Part shown: positions 38,013-51,200 of the stretch, piece by piece
Numbering within the stretch: position 1 is the stretch's first letter
Layout: every line of letters begins with the position of its first letter
Source of the DNA: Haliotis cracherodii
Taxonomy: Eukaryota
DNA length: 64,000 bases
Direction of reading: 5' to 3'
Assembly (NCBI RefSeq): GCF_022045235.1
Contig: NW_027266330.1
Location: 25,172,001 to 25,236,000, forward strand
Program-made: the position numbers and the translations under genes
Notes under the pieces: generated by a model
Database searches by the model: none
What the model was told of the DNA's origin: nothing
What the model saw: the letters and a program-made list of their open reading frames with translations, nothing else

Positions 38013-41000
38013 AGGGAATGAGAGAAGTGGAGGTGTGTGCTGACAGAATGGAGTGTATGAGTAGGGGAAAAGAGAGAAGTGGAGGTGTGTGCTGACAGAA
38101 TGGAGTGTATGAGCGGGGAAAAGAGAGAAATGGAGATGTGTGCTGACAGAATGGAGTGTATGAGTGGGGAAAAGAGAGAAGTGGAGGTGTGTGCTGACAG
38201 AATGGAGTGTATGAGTGGGGGAAAGAGAGAAGTGGAGGTGTGTGCTGACAGAATGGAGTGTATGAGTAGGGGAAAGAGAGAAGTGGAGGTGTGTGCTGAC
38301 AGAATGGAGTGTATGAGTGGGGAAAGAGAGAAGTGGAGGTGTGTGCTGACAGAATGGAGTGTATGAGCGGGGGAAAGAGAGAAGTGGAGCTGTGTGCTGA
38401 CAGAATGGAGTGTATGAGACGGGGAAAAGAGAGAAGTGGAGGTGTGTGCTGACATAATGGAGTGTATGAGTGGGAAAAGAGAGAAGTGGAGGTGTGTGCT
38501 GACAGAATGGAGTGTATGAGTCGGGGAAAGAGAGAAGTGGAGGTGTGTGCTGACAGAATGGAGTGTATGAGTGGGGGAAAGAGAGAAGTGGAGGTGTGTG
38601 CTGACATAATGGAGTGTATGAGTGGGAAAAGAGAGAAGTGGAGGTGTGTGCTGACAGAATGGAGTGTATGAGTCGGGGAAAGAGAGAAGTGGAGGTGTGT
38701 GCTGACAGAATGGAGTGTATGAGTGGGGGAAAGAGAGAAGTGGAGGTGTGTGCTGACAGAATGGAGTGTATGAGTCGGGGAAAGAGAGAAGTGGAGGTGT
38801 GTGCTGACAGAATGGAGTGTATGAGTGGGGGAAAGAGAGAAGTGGAGGTGTGTACTGACAGAATGGAGTGTATGAGTGGGGGAAAGAGAGAAGTGGAGGT
38901 GTGTGCTGACAGAATGGAGTGTATAAGTCGGGGAAAGAGAGAAGTGGAGGTGTGTGCTGACAGAATGGAGTGTATGAGTGGGGGAAAGAGAGAAGTGGAG
39001 GTGTGTGCTGACAGAATGGAGTGTATGAGTGGGGGAAAGAGAGAAGTGGCGGTGTGTGCTGACAGAATGGAGTGTATGAGTGGGGAAAAGAGAGAAGTGG
39101 AGGTGTGTGCTGACAGAATGGAGTGTATGAGTGGGGAAAAGAGAGAAGTGGAGGTGTGTGCTGACAGAATGGAGTGTATGAGTGGGGAAAAGAGAGAAGT
39201 GGAGGTGTGTGCTGACAGAATGGAGTGTATGAGTCGGGGGAAAGAGAGAAGTGGAGGTGTGTGCTGACAGAATGGAGTGTATGAGTAGGGGAAAGAGAGA
39301 AGTGGAGGTGTGTGCTGACAGAATGGAGTGTATGAGTGGGGAAAGAGAGAAGTGGAGGTGTGTGCTGACAGAATGGAGTGTATGAGTGGGGGAAAGAGAG
39401 AAGTGGAGCTGTGTGCTGACAGAATGGAGTGTATGAGACGGGGAAAAGAGAGAAGTGGAGGTGTGTGCTGACATAATGGAGTGTATGAGTGGGAAAAGAG
39501 AGAAGTGGAGGTGTGTGCTGACAGAATGGAGTGTATGAGTCGGGGAAAGAGAGAAGTGGAGGTGTGTGCTGACAGAATGGAGTGTATGAGTGGGGGAAAG
39601 AGAGAAGTGGAGGTGTGTGCTGACATAATGGAGTGTATGAGTGGGAAAAGAGAGAAGTGGAGGTGTGTGCTGACAGAATGGAGTGTATGAGTCGGGGAAA
39701 GAGAGAAGTGGAGGTGTGTGCTGACAGAATGGAGTGTATGAGTGGGGAAAAGAGAGAAGTGGAGGTGTGTGCTGACAGAATGGAGTGTATGAGTGGGGAA
39801 AAGAGAGAAGTGGAGGTGTGTGCTGACAGAATGGAGTGTATGAGTGGGGAAAAGAGAGAAGTGGAGGTGTGTGCTGACAGAATGGAGTGTATGAGTGGGG
39901 GAAAGAGAGAAGTGGAGGTGTGTGCTGACAGAATGGAGTGTATGAGTCGGGGAAAGAGAGAAGTGGAGGTGTGTGCTGACAGAATGGAGTGTATGAGTGG
40001 GGGAAAGAGAGAAGTGGAGGTGTGTGCTGACAGAATGGAGTGTATGAGTGGGGGAAAGAGAGAAGTGGAGGTGTGTGCTGACAGAATGGAGTGTATGAGT
40101 GGGGAAAAGAGAGAAGTAGAGGTGTGTACTGACAGGATGGAGTGTATGAGTGGGGGAAAGAGAGAAGTGGAGGTGTGTACTGACAGAATGGAGTGTATGA
40201 GTCGGGGAAAGAGAGAAGTGGAGGTGTATACTGACAGAATGGAGTGTATGAGCAGGGAAAGAGAGAAGTGGAGGTGTGTGCTGACAGAATGGAGTGTATG
40301 AGCGGGAAAAGAGAGAAGTGGAGGTGTGTGCTGACATAATGGAGTGTATGAGTTGGGGAAAGAGAGAAGTGGAGGTGTGTGCTGACAGAATGGAGTGTAT
40401 GAGCGGGGAAAAGAGAGAAGTGGAGGTGTGTGCTGACAGAATGGAGTGTATGAGTGGGGGAAAGAGAGAAGTGGAGGTGTGTGCTGACAGAATGGAGTGT
40501 ATAAGTCGGGGAAAGAGAGAAGTGGAGGTGTGTGCTGACAGAATGGAGTGTATGAGTGGGGGAAAGAGAGAAGTGGAGGTGTGTGCTGACAGAATGGAGT
40601 GTATGAGTGGGGAAAAGAGAGAAGTGGCGGTGTGTGCTGACAGAATGGAGTGTATGAGTGGGGGAAAGAGAGAAGTGGAGGTGTGTGCTGACAGAATGGA
40701 GTGTATGAGTGGGGGAAAGAGAGAAGTGGAGGTGTGTGCTGACAGAATGGAGTGTATGAGTGGGGGAAAGAGAGAAGTGGAGGTGTGTGCTGACAGAATG
40801 GAGTGTATGAGTGGGGGAAAGAGAGAAGTGGAGGTGTGTGCTGACAGAATGGAGTGTATGAGTGGGGAAAAGAGAGAAGTGGAGGTGTGTACTGACAGGA
40901 TGGAGTGTATGAGTGGGGGAAAGAGAGAAGTGGAGGTGTGTACTGACAGAATGGAGCGTATGAGTCGGGGAAAGAGAGAAGTGGAGGTGTATACTGACAG

Positions 41001-44000
41001 AATGGAGTGTATGAGCAGGGAAAGAGAGAAGTGGAGGTGTGTGCTGACAGAATGGAGTGTATGAGCGGGAAAAGAGAGAAGTGGAGGTGTGTGCTGACAT
41101 AATGGAGTGTATGAGTTGGGGAAAGAGAGAAGTGGAGGTGTGTGCTGACAGAATGGAGTGTATGAGCGGGGAAAAGAGAGAAGTGGAGGTGTGTGCTGAC
41201 AGAATGGAGTGTATGAGTGGGGAAAAGAGAGAAGTGGAGGTGTGTGCTGACAGAATGGAGTGTATGAGTGGGGAAAGAGAGAAGTGGAGGTATGTGCCGA
41301 CAGAATGGAGTGTATGAGTGGGGGAAAGAGAGAAGTGGAGGTGTGTGCTGACAGAATGGAGTGTATGAGTCGGGGAAAGAGAGAAGTGGAGGTGTGTGCT
41401 GACAGAATGGAGTGTATGAGTGGGGAAAAGATAGAAGTGGAGGTGTGTGCTGACAGATTGGAGTGTATGAGTGGGGGAATGAGAGAAGTGGAGGTGTGTG
41501 CTGACAGAATGGAGTGTATGAGCAGGGAAAGAGAGAATCGGAGGTGTGTGCTGACAGAATGGAATGTATGAGTGGGGAAAAGAGAGAAGTGGAGGTGTGT
41601 GCTGACAGAATGGAGTGTATGAGTGGGAAAAGAGAGAAGTGGAGGTGTGTGCTGACATAATGGAGTGTATGAGTGGGAAAAGAGAGAAGTGGAGGTGTGT
41701 GCTGACAGAATGGAGTGTATGAGTGGGGAAAGAGAGAAGTGGAGGTGTGTGCTGACAGAATGGAGTGTATGAGTGGGGAAAGAGAGAAGTGGAGGTGTGT
41801 GCTGACAGAATGGAGTGTATGAGTGGGGAAAAGAGAGAAGTGGAGGTGTGTACTGACAGAATGGAGTGTATGAGTGGGGGAAAGAGAGAAGTGGCGGTGT
41901 GTGCTGACAGAATGAAGTGTATGAGTCGGGGAAAGAGAGAAGTGGAGGTGTGTGCTGACAGAATGGAGTGTATGAGTGGGGAAAGAGAGAAGTGGAGGTG
42001 TGTGCTGACAGAATGGAATGTATGAGTCGGGGAAAGAGAGAAGTGGAGGTGTGTGCTGACAGAATGGAGTGTATGAGCAGGGAAAGAGAGAAGTGGAGGT
42101 GTGTGCTGACAGAATGGAATGTATGAGTGGGGGAAAGAGAGAAGTGGAGGTGTGTGCTGACAGAATGGAGTGTATGAGCAGGGAAAGAGAGAAGTGGAGG
42201 TGTGTGCTGACAGAATGGAATGTATGAGTGGGGGAAAGAGAGAAGTGGAGGTGTGTGTTGACAGAATGGAGTGTATAAGTCAGGGAAAGAGAGAAGTGGA
42301 GGTGTGTGCTGACAGAATGGAATGTATGAGTGGGGGAAAGAGAGAAGTGGAGGTGTGTGCTGACAGAATGGAGTGTATAAGTCAGGGAAAGAGAGAAGTG
42401 GAGGTGTGTGCTGACAGAATGGAATGTATGAGTGGGGGAAAGAGAGAAGTGGAGGTGTGTGCTGACAGAATGGAGTGTATGAGTGGGGAAAAGAGAGAAG
42501 TGGAGGTGTGTGCTGACAGAATGGAGTGTATGGGTGGGAAAAGAGAGAAGTGGAGGTGTGTACTGACAGAATGGAGTGTATGAGTGGGGGAAAGAGAGAA
42601 GTGGAGGTGTGTGCTGACAGAATGGAGTGTATGAGTGGGAAAAGAGAGAAGTGGAGGTATGTGCTGACAGAATGGAGTGTATGAGTGGGGAAAAGAGAGA
42701 AGTGGAGGTGTGTGCTGACAGAATGGAGTGTATGAGTGGGAAAAGAGAGAAGTGGAGGTGTGTGCTGACAGAATGGAGTGTATGAGTGGGGAAAAGAGAG
42801 AAGTGGAGGTGTGTGCTGACAGAATGGAGTGTATGAGTGGGGAAAAGAGAGAAGTGGAGGTGTGTGCTGACAGAATGGAGTATATGAGTGGGGAAAAGAG
42901 AGAAGTGGAGATGTGTGCTGACAGAATGGAGTGTATGAGTGGGGAAAAGAGAGAAGTGGAGGTGTGTGCTGACAGAATGGAGTGTATGAGTGGGGGAAAG
43001 AGAGAAGTGGAGGTGTGTGCTGACAGAATGGAGTGTATGAGTGGGGGAATGAGAGAAGTGGAGGTGTGTGCTGACAGAATGGAGTGTATGAGTGGGGGAA
43101 AGAGAGAAGTGGAGGTGTGTGCTGACAGAATGGAGTGTATGAGTGGGGGAAAGAGAGAAGTGGAGGTGTGTACTGACAGAATGGAGTGTATGAGTGGGGG
43201 AAAGAGAGAAGTGGAGGTGTGTGCTGACAGAATGGAGTGTATGAGTGGGGGAAAGAGAGAAGTGGAGGTGTGTGCTGACAGAATGGAGTGTACGAGTGGG
43301 GAAAAGAGAGAAGTGGAGGTGTGTGCTGACAGAATGGAGTGTATGAGTGGGAAAAGAGAGAAGTGGAGGTGTGTGCTGACAGAATGGAGTGTATGAGTGG
43401 GGAAAAGAGAGAAGTGGAGGTGTGTGCTGACAGAATGGAGTGTATGAGTGGGGGAAAGAGAGAAGTGGAGGTGTGTGCTGACAGAATGGAGTGTATGAGT
43501 AGGGGAAAGAGAGAAGTGGAGGTGTGTGCTGACAGAATGGAGTGTATGAGTGGGGGAAAGAGAGAAGTGGAGGTGTGTACTGACAGAATGGAGTGTATGA
43601 GTCGGGGAAAGAGAGAAGTGGAGGTGTATACTGACAGAATGGAGTGTATGAGCAGGGAAAGAGAGAAGTGGAGGTGTGTGCTGACAGAATGGAGTGTATG
43701 AGCGGGAAAAGAGAGAAGTGGAGGTGTGTGCTGACATAATGGAGTGTATGAGTTGGGGAAAGAGAGAAGTGGAGGTGTGTGCTGACAGAATGGAGTGTAT
43801 GAGCGGGGAAAAGAGAGAAGTGGAGGTGTGTGCTGACAGAATGGAGTGTATGAGTGGGGGAAAGAGAGAAGTGGAGGTGTGTGCTTACAGAATGGAGTGT
43901 ATAAGTCGGGGAAAGAGAGAAGTGGAGGTGTGTGCTGACAGAATGGAGTGTATGAGTGGGGGAAAGAGAGAAGTGGAGGTGTGTGCTGACAGAATGGAGT

Positions 44001-47000
44001 GTATGAGTGGGGAAAAGAGAGAAGTGGCGGTGTGTGCTGACAGAATGGAGTGTATGAGTGGGGGAAAGAGAGAAGTGGAGGTGTGTGCTGACAGAATGGA
44101 GTGTATGAGTCGGGGAAAGAGAGAAGTGGAGGTGTGTGCTGACAGAATGGAGTGTATGAGTGGGGGAAAGAGAGAAGTGGAGGTGTGTGCTGACAGAATG
44201 GAGTGTATGAGTGGGGGAAAGAGAGAAGTGGAGGTGTGTGCTGACAGAATGGAGTGTATGAGTGGGGAAAAGAGAGAAGTGGAGGTGTGTACTGACAGGA
44301 TGGAGTGTCTGAGTGGGGGAAAGAGAGAAGTGGAGGTGTGTACTGACAGAATGGAGCGTATGAGTCGGGGAAAGAGAGAAGTGGAGGTGTATACTGACAG
44401 AATGGAGTGTATGAGCAGGGAAAGAGAGAAGTGGAGGTGTGTGCTGACAGAATGGAGTGTATGAGCGGGAAAAGAGAGAAGTGGAGGTGTGTGCTGACAT
44501 AATGGAGTGTATGAGTTGGGGAAAGAGAGAAGTAGAGGTGTGTGCTGACAGAATGGAGTGTATGAGTGGGGAAAAGAGAGAAGTGGAGGTGTGTGCTGAC
44601 AGAATGGAGTGTATGAGTGGGGAAAAGAGAGAAGTGGAGGTGTGTGCTGACAGAATGGAGTGTATGAGTGGGGAAAGAGAGAAGTGGAGGTATGTGCTGA
44701 CAGAATGGAGTGTATGAGTGGGGGAAAGAGAGAAGTGGAGGTGTGTGCTGACAGAATGGAGTGTATGAGTCGGGGAAAGTGAGAAGTGGAGGTGTGTGCT
44801 GACAGAATGGAGTGTATGAGTGGGGAAAAGATAGAAGTGGAGGTGTGTGCTGACAGAATGGAGTGTATGAGTGGGGGAATGAGAGAAGTGGAGGTGTTTG
44901 CTGACAGAATGGAGTGTATGAGTGGGGAAAAGAGAGAAGTGGAGGTGTGTGCTGACAGAATGGAGTGTATGAGCAGGGAAAGAGAGAATCGGAGGTGTGT
45001 GCTGACAGAATGGAATGTATGAGTGGGGAAAAGAGAGAAGTGGAGGTGTGTGCTGACAGAATGGAGTGTATGAGTGGGGAAAGAGAGAAGTGGAGGTATG
45101 TGCTGACAGAATGGAGTGTATGAGTGGGGGAAAGAGAGAAGTGGAGGTGTGTGCTGACAGAATGGAGTGTATGAGTCGGGGAAAGTGAGAAGTGGAGGTG
45201 TGTGCTGACAGAATGGAGTGTATGAGTGGGGAAAAGATAGAAGTGGAGGTGTGTGCTGACAGAATGGAGTGTATGAGTGGGGGAATGAGAGAAGTGGAGG
45301 TGTTTGCTGACAGAATGGAGTGTATGAGTGGGGAAAAGAGAGAAGTGGAGGTGTGTGCTGACAGAATGGAGTGTATGAGCAGGGAAAGAGAGAATCGGAG
45401 GTGTGTGCTGACAGAATGGAATGTATGAGTGGGGAAAAGAGAGAAGTGGAGGTGTGTGCTGACAGAATGGAGTGTATGAGTGGGAAAAGAGAGAAGTGGA
45501 GGTGTGTGCTGACATAATGGAGCGTATGAGTGGGAAAAGAGAGAAGTGGAGGTGTGTGCTGACAGAATGGAGTGTATGAGTGGGGAAAGAGAGAAGTGGA
45601 GGTGTGTGCTGACAGAATGGAGTGTATGAGTGGGGAAAGAGAGAAGTGGAGGTGTGTGCTGACAGAATGGAGTGTATGAGTGGGGAAAAGAGAGAAGTGG
45701 AGGTGTGTACTGACAGAATGGAGTGTATGAGTGGGGGAAAGAGAGAAGTGGCGGTGTGTGCTGACATAATGAAGTGTATGAGTCGGGGAAAGAGAGAAGT
45801 GGAGGTGTGTGCTGACAGAATGGAGTGTATGAGTGGGGAAAGAGAGAAGTGGAGGTGTGTGCTGACAGAATGGAATGTATGAGTCGGGGAAAGAGAGAAA
45901 TGGAGGTGTGTGCTGACAGAATGGAGTGTATGAGCAGGGAAAGAGAGAAGTGGAGGTGTGTGCTGACAGAATGGAATGTATGAGTGGGGGAAAGAGAGAA
46001 GTGGAGGTGTGTGCTGACAGAATGGAATGTATGAGTGGGGAAAAGAGAGAAGTGGAGGTGTGTGCTGACAGAATGGAATGTATGAGTGGGGGAAAGAGAG
46101 AAGTGGAGGTGTGTGTTGACAGAATGGAGTGTATAAGTCAGGGAAAGAGAGAAGTGGAGGTGTGTGCTGACAGAATGGAATGTATGAGTGGGGGAAAGAG
46201 AGAAGTGGAGGTGTGTGCTGACAGAATGGAGTGTATAAGTCAGGGAAAGAGAGAAGTGGAGGTGTGTGCTGACAGAATGGAGTGTATGAGTGGGGAAAAG
46301 AGAGAAGTGGAGGTGTGTGCTGACAGAATGGAGTGTATGAGTGGGGGAAAGAGAGAAGTGGAGGTGTGTGCTGACAGAATGGAGTGTATGAGTAGGGGAA
46401 AGAGAGAAGTGGAGGTGTGTGCTGACAGAATGGAGTGTATGAGTGGGGGAAAGAGCGAAGTTGAGGTGTGTGCTGACAGAATGGAGTGTATGAGTGGGGA
46501 AAAGAGAGAAGTGGAGGTGTGTGCTGACAGAATGGAGTGTATGAGTGGGGGAAAGAGAGAAGTGGAGGTGTGTGCTGACAGAATGGAGTGTATGAGTGGG
46601 GAAAAGAGAGAAGTGGAGGTGTGTGCTGACAGAATGGAGTGTATGAGTGGGGGAAAGAGAGAAGTGGAGGTGTGTGCTGACAGAATGGAGCGTATGAGTG
46701 GGGGAAAGAGAGAAGTGGAGGTGTTTGCTGACAGAATGGAGTGTATGAGTGGGGAAAAGAGAGAAGTGGAGGTGTGTGCTGACAGAATGGAGTGTATGAG
46801 TGGGGAAAGAGAGAAGTGGAGGTGTGTGCTGACAGAATGGAGTGTATGAGTGGGGAAAGAGAGAAGTGGAGGTGTGTACTGACAGAATGGAGTATATGAG
46901 TGGGGGAAAGAGAGAAGTGGAGGTGTGTGCTGACAGAATGGAGTGTATGAGTGGGGGAAAGAGAGAAGTGGAGGTGTGTGCTGACAGAATGGAGCGTATG

Positions 47001-48819
47001 AGTGGGGGAAAGAGAGAAGTGGAGGTGTTTGCTGACAGAATGGAGTGTATGAGTGGGGAAAAGAGAGAAGTGGAGGTGTGTGCTGACAGAATGGAGTGTA
47101 TGAGTGGGGGAAAGAGAGAAGTGGAGGTGTGTGCTGACAGAATGGAGTGTATGAGTGGGGAAAGAGAGAAGTGGAGGTGTGTACTGACAGAATGGAGTAT
47201 ATGAGTGGGGGAAAGAGAGAAGTGGAGGTGTGTGCTGACAGAATGGAGTGTATGAGTGGGGAAAGAGAGAAGTGGAGGTGTGTACTGACAGAATGGAGTG
47301 TATAAGTCGGGGAAAGAGAGAAGTGGAGGTGTGTGCTGACAGAATGGAGTGTATGAGTGGGGGAAAGAGAGAAGTGGAGGTGTGTGCTGACAGAATGGAG
47401 TGTATGAGTGGGGAAAGAGAGAAGTGGAGGTGTGTACTGACAGAATGGAGTGTATGAGTGGGGAAAAGAGAGAAGTGGAGGTGTGTGCTGACAGAATGGA
47501 GTGTATGAGTGGGGAAAGAGAGAAGTGGAGGTGTGTGCTGACAGAATGGAGTGTATGAGTGGGGAAAAGAGAGAAGTGGAGGTGTGTGCTGACAGAATGG
47601 AGTGTATGAGTGGGGAAAAGAGAGAAGTGGAGGTGTGTGCTGACAGAATGGAGTATATGAGTCGGGGAAAGAGAGAAGTGGAGGTGTGTGCTGACAGAAT
47701 GGAGTGTATGAGTGGGGATAAGAGAGAAGTGGAGGTGTGTGCTGACAGAATGGAGTGTATGAGTAGGGGAAAGAGAGAAGTGGAGGTGTGTGCTGACAGA
47801 ATGGAGTAAATGAGTGGGGGAAAGAGAGAAGTGGAGGTGTGTGCTGACAGAATGGAGTGTATGAGTGGGGGAAAGAGAGAAGTGGAGGTGTGTGCTGACA
47901 GAATGGAGTGTATGAGTAGGGGAAAGAGAGAAGTGGAGGTGTGTACTGACAGAATGGAGTGTATGAGTTGGGGAAAGAGAGAAGTGGAGGTGTGTGTTGA
48001 CAGAATGGAGTGTATGAGTGGGGAAAGAGAGAAGTGGAGGTGTGTGCTGACAGAATGGAGTGTATGAGTGGGGGAAAGAGAGAAGTGGAGGTGTGTGCTG
48101 ACAGAATGGAGTGTATGAGTGGGGAAAAGAGAGAAGTGGAGGTGTGTGCTGACAGAATGGAGTGTATGAGTGGGGGAAAGAGAGAAGTGGAGGTGTGTGC
48201 TGACAGAATGGAGTGTATGAGTGGGGGAAAGAGAGAAGTGGAGGTGTGTGCTGACAGAATGGAGCGTATGAGTGGGGGAAAGAGAGAAGTGGAGGTGTTT
48301 GCTGACAGAATGGAGTGTATGAGTGGGGAAAAGAGAGAAGTGGAGGTGTGTGCTGACAGAATGGAGTGTATGAGTGGGGAAAGATAGAAGTGGAGGTGTG
48401 TACTGACGGAATGGAGTGTATGAGTGGGGGAAAGAGAGAAGTGGAGGTGTGTACTGACAGAATGGAGTGTATGAGTGGGGAAAGAGAGAAGTGGAGGTGT
48501 GTACTGACAGAATGGAGTGTATGAGTGGGGGAAAGAGAGAAGTGGAGGTGTGTGCTGACAGAATGGAGTGTATGAGTGGGGAAAGAGAGAAGTGGAGGTG
48601 TGTGCTGACAGAATGGAGTGTATGAGCAGGGAAAGAGAGAATCGGAGGTGTGTGCTGACAGAATGGAATGTATGAGTGGGGGAAAGAGAGAAGTGGAGGT
48701 GTGTACTGACAGAATGGAGTGTATGAGTCGGGGAAAGAGAGAAGTGGAGGTGTGTGCTGACAGAATGGAGTGTATGAGTGGGGGAAAGAGAGAAGTGGAG
48801 GTGTGTGCTGACAGAATGG
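38013..48819. repeat. 50-51 bp GA-rich satellite, about 210 copies, with higher-order blocks
   Basis: Unit gagagaagtggaggtgtgtgctgacagaatggagtgtatgagtgggggaaa. Confidence 0.98.
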
Positions 48820-49837
48820 CGAGTCTGAATGATGATGAAATTCACCAAAAGACAAGTAAGGAAATGGTACAAAGTTCAGATGATGATAAGATGGAAAGAC
48901 AAAAGGAAATACACCAGCCAGTTGATACAAATGAATGCCCCGGGAAATTTGTTGTCATTGTGTATAACATATCATATCCTGGTTATGTTGAAGATATAGA
49001 GCTAGGTGAAGTTTTTGTGGAATATATGCATAAAGCGGGAAAGCTCGGGAATGCAAATTGTTTCTTCTGGCCACGCAAACTTAAAGACAAAAGCTGGTAC
49101 CAATTTGAGGAAATTTCCCTTTTTTTGACTACCTTTACTTCTGAAACACAGAACACAGAAATAGTTATTATAGTTTTGGCAATTACAAAATATTTTGTCT
49201 TTCTTGTCACCATGTTGTCTGTCCTGTTACCGTGAATGTCTTTCCTGTCACCAGGTTTCTGCCATCTCAAAAGTTATAATTGGTTTAACTCTGCTGACAA
49301 AAAATTATATAATTCATAAAATGAGTGTAATAACTATTATTACCTTATAGAATAATGGTAGTTCCATTTCAGTGTAAGCAGTAGACAAGTTTATCGTACA
49401 TCTTTCTGCAAATAATTCCATTGTATGCATATATTTACAGTCTAATAATTTAGTAAAGCCAATAAATGAAATTTTAAAGCTGTTGATATTTGAACTATGC
49501 CAAAATGCAACAACCATATCATAAATTTAATTCATTTTAGATTTATGTTTGGCGACAAAAACTGGATTTTATGCACAGTAACAGCACAGACATTTGGTTC
49601 AGAGATGCCAAAAATAGTTTTCTGCAAAAAGGAAAATATGACAAATTAAGCCTGCATACTTTACACTTGTATTCAGTAATTGTTATGTTGTTTATCTGCT
49701 CCACAAAAACATTTTAAAAATGAATTCTGATTTGTTGATTTTTCATAGGCCAAAATGTTACTTTTTTAGAGAATGACCCATATAAGTGCAATAATCTTGG
49801 ACGCGACGTTAAACTCAATTTCACCTCACCTGTTTCG

Positions 49838-50926
49838 GACCCGTGACGATCCGGGATAGAATAGGTCTTCAGCAACCCATGCTTGCCGTGAAGGGTGACT
49901 ATGCTTGTCATAAAAGGCGACTAACGGCATCGGGTGGTCAGGCTCGCCGACTTGGTTGATGCATGTCATCGATCCCAATTGTGTGGATCGATGCTCATGA
50001 TATTAATCACTGGATTGTCTGGTCCAGACTCGATTATTTACAGACCGCCGTTATATAGCTGGAATATTGCTGAGTGCGGCGTTAAACAACAAACCAACCA
50101 AGTAAGAGGCGACTAACAGGATCGGATGGTCAAGCTCGCTGACTTGGTTGATGCATGTCATCGATCCCAATTGTGTGGATCAATGCTCATGATATTAATC
50201 ACTGGATTGTCTGGTCGAGACTTGATTATTTACAGACCGCTGTTATATAGTTGGAATATTGCTGAGTGCGGCGTTAAACAACAAACCAACCAACCAACCA
50301 AGTAAGAGGCGACTAACGGGATCGGGTGGTCAGGCTCGCTGACTTGGTTGATGCATGTCATCGATCCCAATTGTGTGGATCAATGCTCATGATAATAATC
50401 ACTGGATTGTCTGGTCGAGACTTGATTATTTACAGACCGCTGTTATATAGTTGGAATATTGCTGAGTGCGGCGTTAAACAACAAACCAACCAACCAACCA
50501 AGTAAGAGGCGACTAACGGGATCGGGTGGTCAGGCTCGCTGACTTGGTTGATGCATGTCATCGATCCTAATTGCGTGGAGACCCGTGAAGATTCCGGGGT
50601 AGAATAGGTCTTCAGCAACCCATGCTTGCCATAAAAGGGGACTAACGGGATCGGGTGGTCAAGCTCGCTGACTTGGTTGATGCATGTCATCGATCCAAAT
50701 GGCGTGGATCGATGCTCATGATATTAATCACTGGATTGTCTGGTCCAGACTCGATTATTTACAGACCGCCGTCATATAGCTGGAATATTGCTCAGTGCGG
50801 CGTTAAACAACAAACCAACCAACCAATTGCGTGGATCGATGCTCATAAAGTCAATCACTGGATTGTCTGGTCCAGACTCGATTATTTACAGACCGGCGTT
50901 AAACAACAAACCAACCAACCAACCAA
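49838..50926 (+). mobile_element. Head-to-tail cluster of 5'-truncated V-SINE-like repeats
   Basis: gacccgtga.gatccggg.tagaataggtcttcagcaacccatgcttg..gtaagaggcgactaa (V-domain-like) with (ACCA)n tails. ~200-bp units start at 50102, 50302 and 50502. Confidence 0.85.
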
Positions 50927-51062
50927 CATCTTTTTCGGCTTTCTGTTCAGCTGCACTTCCAAGTGACGTTTAATGTGTAACCCTATTTTCTAATGTATGA
51001 AACAATAATTAATAAATAATTAATAATGGTTGTTTATCTGTTTAGATGAAAAATTAAAAAGT

Positions 51063-51200
51063 AAAAGACGTACCATGAGGAATGTATCAAGTGAGTTTGT
51101 CGGTTTTATTACAAGTCTCTGTTCTGTTTTACATCTGTCTTGGGTTTCTGTTCAGTTGCACTTCCATGTGACCTTTTAAGGAAAACAATTACGTTTAATG
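51063..51200 (+). repeat. Partial duplicate of the zinc-finger exon 3' end, its donor and adjacent intron
   Basis: aaaagacgtaccatgaggaatgtatcaagtgagtttgtcggttttattacaagtctctgtt is identical to 25885-25945. The downstream part resembles 50927-50980. Confidence 0.9.

Larger units (their letters stand above)
26269..49779 (+). mobile_element. Sola2-like DNA transposon #2, internally deleted, hosting a hAT stack and a satellite
   Basis: Termini GGGTCATGCTCTAAA / TTTAGAGAATGACCC with a 4-bp ATAT TSD. Repeated gtaacagcacagaca subterminal motifs. The C-terminal remnant GKFVVIVYN..YPGYV..CFFWPRKLKDKSWY (48940-49115) resembles the C-terminus of element #1. Confidence 0.85.
25959..49830 (+). mobile_element. 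tRNA-derived MetaSINE split by nested insertions (5' part 25959-26268, 3' tail 49784-49830)
   Basis: A/B-box head gcctccgtggtcttgtggtagagcg..ggttctatcccc; Meta-like core aaaagatggtacttgttg..gcattaagggag; tail gacgttaaactcaatttcacctcacc. 12-bp TSD tgtttcggaccc at 25947-25958 and 49831-49842. Confidence 0.85.

Noticed and set aside
37978-48930. Very long ORFs (up to 3622 aa) on the minus strand and many EVEVCADRMEC ORFs on the plus strand
   Set aside because: Translations of a 50-51 bp satellite that lacks stops; frames switch at unit-length variants.
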